Below are positions 11,441 to 24,090 of a stretch of 64,000 bases of DNA, one piece after another. This stretch comes from Octopus sinensis (taxonomy: Eukaryota). The stretch lies in assembly GCF_006345805.1 (NCBI RefSeq), contig NC_043010.1:12648001-12712000 (forward strand), read 5' to 3'. The translations under genes and the position numbers were made by a program. The notes under the pieces were generated by a model. The model did not search any database and was not told where the DNA came from. It was given only the letters and a program-made list of their open reading frames with translations. The stretch's first letter is position 1. Each line of letters begins with the position of its first letter.

Positions 11441-11599
11441 CTATATACCTGGTATCTCTTCATATGGGCTTGTATCATTTTTATTCACTCTATGGCTATA
11501 TTTTCTACTCATGGATACATTATTACGATAATAGTCCGGAGATGGTAAGTGTTTGCCGTGAATTCTGCCAGATGTACCTCCAACTTCTTGTATACAAGC
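11441..11599 (-). CDS. Pcdh: Probable terminal coding exon of the protocadherin: ACIQEVGGTSGRIHGKHLPSPDYYRNNVSMSRKYSHRVNKNDTSPYEEIPGI*
   Basis: Strong acceptor on the minus strand (tttttcttcatttcctttttgttgtcaaag|GCT). Open for 52 codons in phase 0, matching the phase-0 donor at 27514. Non-repetitive sequence, TAG at 11443-11441. Confidence 0.75.
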   Translation of the reverse strand, partial: ACIQEVGGTSGRIHGKHLPSPDYYRNNVSMSRKYSHRVNKNDTSPYEEIPGI

Positions 11600-11829
11600 C
11601 TTTGACAACAAAAAGGAAATGAAGAAAAATATATAGATAGATAGTTAGTTAAAATTATTTGAATAATTTTCAATATTTCTTTATAATTAAGTCCAAAATC
11701 TACTTATACATATGCACACACACATATATATATACACACATGTATATATAAGTATATATAAGTATATATTCATATGTATGTATGTATATATATATATATA
11801 TGTATATATGCAGATATATATATATATAT

Positions 11830-11867
<38 letters not shown>

Positions 11868-12992
11868 CGCATATATATATATACACACACAAACACACAT
11901 ATATATACATACATATATGTAAAACATTCTGGGATCTAATCCAATTTTTGCAAGAAGTTCTAAAATTTAACCAACTCTTTCTCCATGAATCTGATTCTCA
12001 AAAAATAATAAAATAAAATAAAGTAAAATAAAACAAAAAATATATATATTTATTTGAATAAAATAAAATAAAATTATATATACATATACATACATATATA
12101 TATATATATATGTATTGAAAAATAATTTTTTATATCAATTTAATGTTGAAATTTTCATTTCAAATAAAACGGCCTATTCTATTAAATTTTTGAGGAATGT
12201 TGCTCTTTATTTTTATTTTCTCAAAGAATCCTGCTATTTGCCTTAAAGCAAATCACAACTGTACATTCGGCTAGCGAAAAGCACGACTAAATCTTTTATC
12301 AACTCTTTCTTTCATATTTTTTAACAGTGCGGCAGACAAAGTGAAAATGCTTGTTGATGATGCATGACAACACGCAGTCATGTTGATGCTACTGCAAAAA
12401 CTTGAAAATAATTTCATGAAATAAATAACAATTGTTCTTCAAAGAATAAAATATCTTGCCTGTGATAATAAAGTAACAAAGGAATGGTTTCTTTGTTCAT
12501 TCATCTCATTCTTCAACTCTTATTTATTCCTTTTTTTGTTTGTTAGCTTTGTTTTCTTTTTCTCTCTTGAATCTGGATTAAAACTTCTATTCAATTAACG
12601 TGGAGGCCTCATTTAGTTGGTTTAATCAGTGGTATATAATTTAATAATATGCTTTAAAGAACACCATAATATGTGTGTGTGTGTAGGTGTGTAGGTGTGT
12701 GTGTGTGTAGGTGTGTGTGTGTGTAGGTGTGTGTAGGTGTGTGTGTGTGTGTGTTTTGTACATAAGTTGTTTCTCTGTGTTTATGTATAAATGTGTGTAT
12801 GTAAATAGGTAAATGTACTCAAATATATGTGTGTGTGGTTTTGTGAGTGTATGTTTACGTACATATGTGTATGCATGTCTATCTGTACTCATGACAATAT
12901 TTCTTAAACTGTTTAGTAAGAGATATAGCAACAATAACTAAGTAATAATGACGATGATAATGATGATGATGATGATGATGATGACGATGACG

Positions 12993-13039
<47 letters not shown>

Positions 13040-13169
13040 AATAATAATAAAAAGGTTGAATCTGCAGGAAAATAGATGAGAGTATCGATCATATTTTGAG
13101 TGAGTGCAGTATGCCAGCACAAAAGGAGTATAAGCACAGACATGACTGTATAAGCAAAGGAGTGCATTG

Positions 13170-13660
13170 GCATGTTAGCCAAGTGTATGTCTTCAAAACA
13201 TCAAAGGAGTGGTATGAACATGAACAAGGAGCCACGATAGAAAATGAAAATTACAAGATCTAGTGGGGCTTCACCATAAAGACTAACCATAGTATTGAGA
13301 CAAGAAGATGAAACATGATTATAGGGGACAAAATAAACAAGCACATAGTTCATGGATTTTGCAACACCCTATGATAGCAGAGTCAATACCAAGGAAAATT
13401 AACAAAATCAAGAAATACCAAGATCTAGCTAGAGAGCTGAGGAGTCTGTGGAAGGCCAAGACAATAATTATTCCTGTAATATCTGGTGCACTTGGCACAA
13501 CATCCAAAATGCTACCTCAAAGACTGAAAGAAATTGGAGTTCGCAACTCACATTGTTGACTGGCAGAAAAGTAACATCCAATATTTTGCCAGAATCCCAA
13601 GAAAGATTCTTGAGATCTGAGGAGACAAAATACTCACTAACTAAATTAGCATGCACTAGT
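13170..13660 (+). mobile_element. R4/Dong-like non-LTR retrotransposon relic (restriction-like endonuclease region), (AAT)n tail
   Basis: Frames give KKIKKYQDLARELRSLWKAKTIIIPVISGALGT; preceded by WGFTIKT-like sequence. Confidence 0.7.
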
Positions 13661-13744
13661 GAAATACTACTACTACTAAAAATAATAATAATATAATAAT
13701 AATAATAAATAATAATAATAATAATAATAAATAATAATAATAAT

Positions 13745-14310
13745 AAAGTGCTTAAAAATGATCACATCTCACTCCTCTGGAACTTCACCATTCAAACTGA
13801 CAGAAAGATAGACGTGAATAGGCCAGACATTATATTGAAAGACTTCAGACAAAAATCATGCCTCCTCATGACTCCCAATCGATATAAATGTATCTGTCAA
13901 GACCTACCAAAAACTGAGCAAGTATAAAATAGAAAGCGGCAAAATGTGGAACGTCAAGACTAAAACAATACTTGTTGTCGTAGGTGCCCAAGGAATGATA
14001 GCAAAAGGGGTTGATTGCTACCTAACTCAGATACCAGGAAGCACCAAAATGGCAGCAATTCAAAAGATAGTGCTCATGGGAACTGCCCATATCCTACGTA
14101 AAATACTGTCTATGTAATCTCAAATTTTAATACAAACTCATAATTGTCTTGTTTGCTTAAACATTCTCTAGAACAATACTATGTATAAAATCAAATATAT
14201 GGCACCCTAGGCATAACACCAACATGAACTTATAACTTGTTTCTTGGGGTCTCTAGGTGAGACTTGGAGCCAACTTGTACAAATACAAAGCAAAAGTCAA
14301 ACATATAATA
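13745..14310 (+). mobile_element. R4/Dong-like LINE relic (RLE domain plus 3' UTR)
   Basis: LLWNFTIQTDRKIDVNRPDIILKD...KTKTILVVVGAQGMI...IVLMGTAHILRKILSM*. Confidence 0.8.
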
Positions 14311-14872
14311 ATAATAATAATACATACATGTATGTATATGGTTCAAAATCGTACAAAAAAAGCCAAAAAACAATAAGGGGACAGCAAACTAGGCCGATTA
14401 ATTTGACACCCAGGAAAAACGGAATAGTCTTTGACATTTTGAGCTTATGCTCTTCTACAGGAAAGAATGAGGAGAGAAAACAGGTGGAGAGAAGAAAAAT
14501 GGAGAGAGAAATAAAACATGTCTGGATTGATGGCTGCACACACACACGCACACACACACACACACATACACAAACACACACACTCATAATACATACATTT
14601 ATTTACATGATATATGTAATAATGTATGAATGCTTACATACCGCTTCTTCACACGAAAATGTTTGTACAAACAAATAACATTATAATGACATTCCCTCTC
14701 AGTAAATCATTGTGTAGCTCTTTGCTTTTGAAGACATATGGAATGTAAAGTCTCTTAGAATTAATGACAGGAAATACATCCAGTTCTGAAATAATGTCTC
14801 AATAATAAGTGTTTGCCCAACTTATACTAGGTGGATGCATGTGTCTTAGCAGTTAGGGTGTTGGAATGGGTG

Positions 14873-15192
14873 AGGGCGTGTGGCTTAGTGGTTAGGGCAT
14901 TCGGCTCATGATCGTAAGGTTGTGAGTTCGATTCCCGGCGACGCGTTGTGTCCTTGAGCAAGACACTTTATTTCACGTTGCTCCAGTCCTCTCAGCTGGC
15001 AAAAATGAGTTGTACTTGTATTTCAAAGGGTCAGCCTTGTCAGTCTCTGTGTCACGCTGATTATCCCCGAGAACTAAGTTAAGGGTACACGTGCCTGTGG
15101 AATGCTCAGCCATTTGCACATTAATTTCACGAGCAAGCTGTTCCGTTGATCGTATCAGCTGGGACCCTCGTCGTCGTAACCGGCGGAGTCTT
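14873..15192 (+). mobile_element. tRNA-derived SINE family D
   Basis: tggcttagtggttagggc...gagttcgattcc (A and B boxes). Confidence 0.85.
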
Positions 15193-15409
15193 TAAAGGGT
15201 GTTGGACTCATGATTATAAGATTGTGGTTTCAGAAACTGAGAAACCAGCGCTTATGAGTCTGTATGACTTGAGAAGATAACTTTACCTTTATCTAACTAA
15301 TGTTAAGCATGGAAAAACTGAAAATAAAACAAACAAATTGATAGCCCTTAATCGCCCTTAATAGTATGCCAGTGAAGCAACATTCTCACAATAGTTTAGA
15401 TGGGGCAGG

Positions 15410-15715
15410 GTAAGTTCAGCTGGATGCCCTTCCCAATGCCAACCACCCTGTGAGTGTAGTGGGTGCTTTTTACGTGCCACCGGCACAGGTGCCAGGCGAG
15501 GCTGGTAACGACCACGATCGGTTAGTGCTTTTTACATGCCACCGGCACGGAGGCCAGTCAAGGCGGTGCTGGCAATGGCCACGCTAGGATGGCTCTTTTA
15601 CGTGCCACCATCACAGGTATCACAACTACAATTTCCATTGATTTTTGATCGATTTCGATTTCACTTGCCTCAACAGGTCATTGCAAGCAGAGTCTTGTGT
15701 CCCAAGAAGGAAATG
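15410..15715 (-). mobile_element. RTE-like 3' portion (same family as 2003-2625)
   Basis: Family similarity. Confidence 0.75.
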
Positions 15716-15724
15716 TATGCATAA

Positions 15725-16272
15725 GTGGACTGGCTACATCCCGGGTAAAGGCCACGGGTTATGGTCTCACGTAGAAAGCAAGTATTTGAACATACTGACA
15801 AATGGTGTGAACATGAACCTAGTAAAGTACTAGAAGGCAAGAAATATAAGATGTTGTGTGACTTCAACATTCAGACTGACAGAGTAATAGAAGCTAGAAG
15901 TCCTGATTTGGTAGAAGTAGATAAAGAGAATAGAAAGTGCCAGATAATTGACTTTACATTAATATGAGAAGTATAGAAAAAATAGCAAAGTACCAGGACC
16001 AAGCTATTGAATGACAGAAACTATGGAAAGTACGGGTAAAATATATCCCAGTAAGTTATAGGTGCATTGGGAACTATCCCTAAAGATCTGAGCAGATGGA
16101 TAGAGGAAATAGGCATAAAACCCAGTTTAGTACAACTGCGGAAAATAATGTTATTAGGGACAGCTAGGATACTTAGGAGGGTTCTTGGCATCTAAGGTTA
16201 CTTGTAGCCCAATGTTAGAATTTTTTCTTTTCCAACAGTTTAATTTATTGAGTGTATATGAAAATAATAATA
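15725..16272 (+). mobile_element. R4/Dong-like LINE relic (RLE domain)
   Basis: HEPSKVLEGKKYKMLCDFNIQTDRVIEARSPDLVEVDKENRKCQIIDF (PD...D motif region); AAT tail. Confidence 0.8.
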
Positions 16273-16276
16273 ATAT

Positions 16277-19115
16277 TAAATGCCCTGATGCAGTACCAGA
16301 CAGTGGCTCTCATCGCTTCTGATCTTAAATGATAGGAAATGTTATCATGTACATTGTTTTGTCTTGGTATAAAAAGATGGGCTACAGCAAATATTCTGCC
16401 CCACACCACAGTTGAGCATGTCCCTTAGTGACTGACAATATGTGCATCTCTGATCATGAACAGAAGTAGTGGGGGAGCATCATAGCCATGTGTTGAGAAG
16501 AATTCTTTGGGGTTTGGATAATTCACCTCTGGAAACATGAATGTTTTGTTCTACATCTTTAAATTACACTTATTCAGGGACCTTTTGAATTCGGATGGGC
16601 TACTCGACTTGAAGAAAAATTCCAACTGGGCCTCACCTGCAAGGTCATGTGCTGTTTTGTTCTACATCCTTAAACTACCCTTATTCAGGGACCTTTTGAA
16701 TTTGGATGGGCTACTCGACTTGAAGAAAATTCCAACTGGGCTTCACCTGCAAGGTCATGTGCTGTTTTGTTCTACATCCTTAAACTACCCTTATTCAGGG
16801 ACCTTTTGAATTTGGATGGGCTACTAGACTTGAAGAAAATTCCAACTGGGCTTCACCTGCAAGGTCATGTGCTGTTTTGTTCTACATCCTTAAACTACCC
16901 TTATTCAGGGACCTTTTGAATTCGGATGGGCTACTAGACTTGAAGAAAATTCCAACTGGGCCTCACCTGCAAGGTCATGTGCTGTTTTGTTCTACATCCT
17001 TAAACTACCCTTATTCAGGGACCTTTTGAATTCAGATGGGCTACTAGACTTGAAGAAAATTCCAACTGGGCCTCACCTGCAAGTCATGTGCTGTTTTGTT
17101 CTACATCCTTAACTACCCTTATTCAGGGACCTTTTGAATTCGGATGGGCTACTAGACTTGAAGAAAATTCCAACTGGGCCTCACCTGCAAGGTCATGTGC
17201 TGTTTTGTTCTACATCCTTAAACTACCCTTATTCAGGGACCTTTTGAATTCGGATGGCTACTAGACTTGAAGAAAATTCCAACTGGGCCTCACCTGCAAG
17301 GTCATGTGCTGTTTTGTTCTACATCCTTAAACTACCCTTATTCAGGGACCTTTTGAATTCAGATGGGCTACTAGACTTGAAGAAAATTCCAACTGGGCCT
17401 CACCTGCAAGGTCATGTGCTGTTTTGTTCTACATCCTTAAACTACCCTTATTCAGGGACCTTTTGAATTCGGATGGGCTACTAGACTTGAAGAAAATTCC
17501 AACTGGGCCTCACCTGCAAGGTCATGTGCTGTTTTGTTCTACATCCTTAAACTACCCTTATTCAGGGACCTTTTGAATTCGGATGGGCTACTCGACTTGA
17601 AGAAAATTCCAACTGGGCTTCACCTGCAAGGTCATGTGCTGTTTTGTTCTACATCCTTAAACTACCCTTATTCAGGGACCTTTTGAATTCAGATGGGCTA
17701 CTCGACTTGAAGAATAATTCCAACTGGGCCTCACCTGCAAGGTCATGTGCTGTTTTGTTCTACATCCTTAAACTACCCTTATTCAGGGACCTTTTGAATT
17801 CAGATGGGCTACTCGACTTGAAGAAAATTCCAACTGGGCTTCACCTGCAAGGTCATGTGCTGTTTTGTTCTACATCCTTAAACTACCCTTATTCAGGGAC
17901 CTTTTGAATTTGGATGGGCTACTAGACTTGAAGAAAATTCCAACTGGGCTTCACCTGCAAGGTCATGTGCTGTTTTGTTCTACATCCTTAAACTACCCTT
18001 ATTCAGGGACCTTTTGAATTCGGATGGGCTACTAGACTTGAAGAAAATTCCAACTGGGCCTCACCTGCAAGGTCATGTGCTGTTTTGTTCTACATCCTTA
18101 AACTACCCTTATTCAGGGACCTTTTGAATTCAGATGGGCTACTAGACTTGAAGAAAATTCCAACTGGGCCTCACCTGCAAGGTCATGTGCTGTTTTGTTC
18201 TACATCCTTAAACTACCCTTATTCAGGGGCCTTTTGAATTCGGATGGGCTACTAGACTTGAAGAAAATTCCAACTGGGCCTCACCTGCAAGGTCATGTGC
18301 TGTTTTGTTCTACATCCTTAAACTACCCTTATTCAGGGACCTTTTGAATTCGGATGGGCTACTAGACTTGAAGAAAATTCCAACTGGGCCTCACCTGCAA
18401 GGTCATGTGCTGTTTTGTTCTACATCCTAAACTACCCTATTCAGGGACCTTTTGAATTCAGATGGGCTACTAGACTTGAAGAAAATTCCAACTGGGCCTC
18501 ACCTGCAAGGTCATGTGCTGTTTTGTTCTACATCCTTAAACTACCCTTATTCAGGGACCTTTTGAATTCGGATGGGCTACTAGACTTGAAGAAAATTCCA
18601 ACTGGGCCTCACCTGCAAGGTCATGTGCTGTTTTGTTCTACATCCTAAAACTACCCTTATTCAGGGACCTTTTGAATTCGGATGGGCTACTCGACTTGAA
18701 GAAAATTCCAACTGGGCTTCACCTGCAAGGTCATGTGCTGTTTTGTTCTACATCCTTAAACTACCCTTATTCAGGGACCTTTTGAATTCAGATGGGCTAC
18801 TCGACTTGAAGAATAATTCCAACTGGGCCTCACCTGCAAGGTCATGTGCTGTTTTGTTCTACATCCTTAAACTACCCTTATTCAGGGACCTTTTGAATTC
18901 AGATGGGCTACTCGACTTGAAGAATAATTCCAACTGGGCCTCACCTGCAAGGTCATGTGCTGTTTATCTTAGTATGACATCACCATGTCACACACATATG
19001 GTTGGGAAGCATGTGTCTGGTGTATACTTATTGGACAGGTAGTCATGATATGTGAACTGGGCTTCGTATATTTAACCCCGCTGTCACTTTAATGGCATGC
19101 ACTGCTCTCCCACTC
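16277..19115 (+). mobile_element. Dispersed retroelement hosting the 110-bp satellite
   Basis: Unique 5' flank, amplified internal segment, and 3' part matching the single-unit copy at 21285-21552; ends in (AAT)n. Confidence 0.65.
16542..18964. repeat. Tandem satellite, 110-bp unit, 22 copies
   Basis: Unit tgttttgttctacatccttaaactacccttattcagggaccttttgaattcggatgggctactagacttgaagaaaattccaactgggcctcacctgcaaggtcatgtgc; period 110 (e.g. 16741 vs 16851). Confidence 0.97.
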
Positions 19116-20222
19116 AATAATAATAGTAATGATAATAATAATAATAATGATAATAATAATAATAATGATAATAATGATAATAATAATGATAATAATGATA
19201 ATACTGATAATAATAATAATAATGATAATAATAATAATAATAATGATAATAATAATAATATGATAAATAATAATAAATAATGATAATAATAAATAATAAT
19301 GATAATAATAATAATAATGATAATAATAATGATAATACTGATAATAATAATAATAATGATAATAATAATAATAATAATGATAATAATAATAATAATGATA
19401 ATAATAATAATAATGATAATAATATAATAATAATGATAATAATAATAATAATGAATAATAATAAATAATGATAATAATAATAATAATAATAATGATAATA
19501 ATAATAATAATGATAATAATAATATAATAATGATAATAATAATAATAATAATGATAATAATAATAATAATGATAAAATAATAATAATGATAATAATAATA
19601 ATAATAATAAATAATAATAATAATGATAATAATAATAATAATGATAATAATAATAATAATAATGATAATAATGATAATAATGATAATAATAATAATAATA
19701 ATGATAATAATAATAATAATGATAATAATAATAATAATGATAATAATAATAATAATAATGATAATAATAATAATAATGATAATAATAATAATAATAATGA
19801 TAATATAATAATAATGATAATAATAATAATAATAATGATAATAATAATAATAATGATAATAATAATAATAATAATGATAATAATAATAATAATAATGATA
19901 ATAATAATAATAATGATAATAATAATGATAATGATAATAATAATAATATTGATAATAATATAATAATAATGATTAATAATAATAATAATAATGAATAATA
20001 ATAATAATGATAATAATAATGATAATGATAATATAATAATAATAATGATAAAATAATAATAATGATAATAATAATGATAATGATATAATAATAATAATAA
20101 TGATAATAATAATAATAATGATAATAATAATGATATACTGATAATAATAATAATATAATGATAATAATAATAATAATAATGATAATAATAATAATAATGA
20201 TAATAATAATAATAATGATATA

Positions 20223-20253
<31 letters not shown>

Positions 20254-21284
20254 TGATAATAATAATAATGATAATAATAATGATAATACTGATAATAATA
20301 ATAATAATGATAATAATAAAATAATGTAATAATAATAATAATAATGATAATAATAATAATAATGATAAAATAATAATAATGATAATAATAATAATAATGA
20401 TAATAATAATAATAATAATGATAATAATAATAATAATGATAATAATAATAATAATGATAATAATAATAATAATAATGATAATAATAATAATAATGATAAT
20501 AATAATAAAATGATAATAATAATAATTATATAATAATAATAATGATAATAATATATATAAATAATGATAATAATAATATATGATAATAATAATAATAATG
20601 ATAATAATAATAATAATGAATATAATAATAATAATGATAATAATAATAATAATGATAATAATAATAATAATGATAATAATAATAATAATAATGATAATAA
20701 TAATAATAATGATAATAATAATATAATGATAATAATAATAATAATAATAATAAAATAATGATAATAATAATAATAATGATAATAATAATAATAATGATAT
20801 AATAATAATATATAATAATAATATTGATAATAATAATAATAATAATGATATAATAATAATAATATGATAATAATAATAAATAATGATAATAATAATAATA
20901 ATATAATAATAATAATAATGAATAATAATAATGATAATGATAATAATAATAATAATGATAATAATAATAATAATATAATAATAATAATAATGATAATAAT
21001 AATAATAATGATAATAATAATAATGATAAATAATAATAATAATAATGATAATAATAATAATGATAATAATAATAATAATAATAAATAATAATGATAATAA
21101 TAATAATATGATAATATAATAATAATAATGATACTAATAATAATAATAATGATAATAATAATAATGATAATAATAATAATAATAATGATAATATATAATA
21201 ATGATAATAATAATAATAATGATAATAATAATAATAATAATGATAATAATAATAATAATGATAATAATAATAATAATGATAATA
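19116..21284. repeat. ~2.2 kb (AAT)n/(GAT) microsatellite (expanded retroelement tail)
   Basis: Direct reading. Confidence 0.95.
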
Positions 21285-21552
21285 AACGTGGGTGTTTTGT
21301 TCACATCTTTAAACAACCATTATCCAGGAACTTTTTGAGCGGGATGGGCTACTCAACCTGAAGAAAATTCTAACTGGATCCTACCTGCAAGGTAATGTGC
21401 TGTTTATCTTGATATGAGATCACCATGTTGCACACATATAGTTGTGATGCACGTGCCTGGTGTACCCTCATTAGACGGGTAATCATGAGTATACTGGGCT
21501 TCATATATTTTACCCCCGTGTCACTTTGATGGCATGCACTGATCTCCCGCTC
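21285..21552 (+). mobile_element. 5'-truncated second copy of the satellite-host element with one diverged unit
   Basis: tgttttgttcacatctttaaacaaccattatccagg...ctgcaaggtaatgtgctgtttatctt...gatggcatgcactgatctcccgctc then AAT tail. Confidence 0.85.
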
Positions 21553-21919
21553 AATAACAATAATAATAATAATAATTTTTTTTTTCAACTATAAGTACAA
21601 TAATAATAATAATAATAATGATGTTAATATATAATAATACATCAGTATTACTTTTAGAAGGTTAAAATTACATTATATCTAAAAATTATTGTTATTATTA
21701 TTTAATCTCAGATAAACTCAGGGTTGGGCAAGGTTATGGTCAATGAGGTTCCATATATGGCCAACATGTATTATCTTGTGTCTGTAGGGCAACGTTAGAT
21801 AATATGTCCTTTCAGTTTTCTTTATGGAAGAAGAGGACAATTTAAGCAATTTTGGTTGCTGTTTCCGTCAGTTTGAGTGACCACATAGAAAATCTTACAA
21901 TGGATTGTTGTAACACTGT

Positions 21920-22190
21920 GTCAGTGGTGGTGGTGGTGGTGGTAGTGGTGATGGTGGTGGTGCTGCTGCTGCTGGTGATGTTGGTGCTGGTGGTAGTGGA
22001 GGTAGCAGCAGTGGCAGAGGTAGCGGTGGTGGTGGCAGCAGTCACCATGGCAATGGCGGTGTTGGTGTTGGCAGCATAGGTAGCGGTGGGGGTGGAAGTA
22101 GCCATGGCCGCAGCAGCAGCAGTGGCCGCAGCAGCAGCAGTGGCCGCAGCAGCAGCAGTAGCGGTGGTAGCAGTAGTAGTAGTAGTGATA
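21920..22190. repeat. GC-rich compound trinucleotide repeat (GGT/GCA/GTA)
   Basis: Direct reading; includes three agtggccgcagcagcagc-type units. Confidence 0.85.
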
Positions 22191-22839
22191 ATTGAAATGA
22201 GCATATAGCCACGCATATAAACTGGAGAGAAATCATTGATGCTTTAAACTTTCTTCTACACCTGTACGGGGGGGTGTGCCTGGAGAACAATGGGAACAAT
22301 GGCCATTTTGTAAAACGTGTCGGATAATTACCAGAGAAAGACATCTGGCTTAATATGTTCCATGAATCAAGCGAAACTGTTAAGAAGTTACGAACATCTG
22401 ATAATAAAACTCAGACAACAATAGCTGCCATAGATAACATGTAAGCAGTTCCATAGAAATATGTTCTGTGGTAAAAGCCAGAAATCTTTACAAATCTTAT
22501 TAGCTGCAAGATCTTCTCAAAGTAGTGACAGGAGCTTTTGTACGAAGCTATAGTCAGGTGAGTGCAAATGAGCAAAAGATGCTGGATTAAGTAATTACAG
22601 TTTTTGTTGATGATAAAATAGGAAGATGAAGACGTTAAAATAGAGAATAATGAGAACGAAGAGAAAGGGTTTTCATGTCTTGGTAGATAAAAGAAGGAGA
22701 GACGTATTGGTATATATATATATATATATATGCTTTCCACCACACACACACATACATATATGTATGCACTTATTTGTTTATATATGATATATATATGAAT
22801 ATATAAATATGTAAGTGCATGTGTATGTATGTGTATGTG

Positions 22840-22893
<54 letters not shown>

Positions 22894-23000
22894 AAGATTG
22901 ATAGATTTAGATAATTAGATAGATAGATAGATAAACAGACAGACGGACGGACGGCCAGATAGACAGACAGACAGACAGACAGATAGACAAACAGCCAGAC

Positions 23001-23031
<31 letters not shown>

Positions 23032-23040
23032 TAGATAGAC

Positions 23041-23137
<97 letters not shown>

Positions 23138-23175
23138 GACAGACAGACACAGACAGATATGTGGAGATACAGACA
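22840..23175. repeat. (TA)n(GA)n(GATA/GACA)n microsatellite
   Basis: Direct reading. Confidence 0.9.
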
Positions 23176-23404
23176 CAGATAGATATAAATATTGATTTTA
23201 AACAAAGGCAGACACAGTAAATTTAGAGATGGTCATGCCCAATTTATTTTATCAGACCCAAAAGGAAGAAAGACGGGATTTAGATCTGATAGGATTTAAA
23301 CACAGATCTTAAAGATTCGTAAGTAATTAGTAGAAGGCATTTTGTCCAACAACTCATCTGACTCCATAAAGTGTAACCTCATACACACACACACACATAT
23401 TTAT

Positions 23405-23660
23405 CTTTTATTTGTTTTAGTTATTAGACTGTGGCCATATTGGAGCATCATCTCAAACAATTTGTTTAGTCAAATGAATCGGCCACCTCCACCTTACCCC
23501 AGTACTTACTCTTTGCTAAGCCTGGTACTTATTTAATTAATCGCTTTTGCTGAACCACTAAGTTGCGGGGATGTAAGTACACTAACTCCAGTTCCCAAGC
23601 AGTGGTGGGGACAAACATAGATACAAATACACACACGAGTATGTATGTAGGGCCCTCTTG
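23405..23660 (-). mobile_element. SINE family A, partial
   Basis: Family similarity (3' half). Confidence 0.6.
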
Positions 23661-23879
23661 GCTCAGGATCTAATTTGAACTTATCTGTCTAATTGGTTGA
23701 AAAACCAGCCCTGTCTCCATACAGTAAGCTTGGCCTTTTCTTTAATGGCATGTCAACTTTAGCAAAATATTCATTCTTGAGATTATCTGCTGCTTTCATA
23801 TGGATCTGGCCTTAGTTGTATGGTCTTAATTATGTCTTACAAGGATCTATGGATCAGCCAAGGATGTATAAAAGGCACT

Positions 23880-24090
23880 GATGTTAGTGCCACATAAAAA
23901 GCTACCCAGTACAATCAGTAAAGTGGTTGGCATCAGGAAGGACATCCAGCTGTAGAAACCATGGCAAAATAGACAATGGAACTTGGTGTTGCTTCCAGCC
24001 TTGCCACCCTCCTGTCAAACTGTCCAACCCATGCTAGCATGGAAAACATACATTAAATGTAGATGATGATGATGATGATGCTGATGATGG
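23880..24090 (+). mobile_element. RTE-like 3' end with (GAT)n tail
   Basis: Family terminus ccaacccatgctagcatggaaaa...gatgatgat. Confidence 0.75.

Noticed and set aside
11434-11544. Plus-strand reading with a GTAAGT donor at ~11545
   Set aside because: Poor acceptor; the minus-strand reading has a much better acceptor, matching phase and a meaningful motif.
14873-14945. tRNA-like sequences at SINE heads (also 42266, 54867, 7350)
   Set aside because: They have A/B boxes but no complete cloverleaf, and continue into SINE bodies; not tRNA genes.
16537-19042. Repeated ORFs within the 110-bp array; CRISPR-like appearance
   Set aside because: The unit is not a multiple of 3, there are no unique spacers, and the context is eukaryotic; this is a satellite, not a CRISPR array or gene.
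21842-22216. Poly-Ala/Thr and poly-Val ORFs
   Set aside because: Compound trinucleotide repeat with no supporting splice context.
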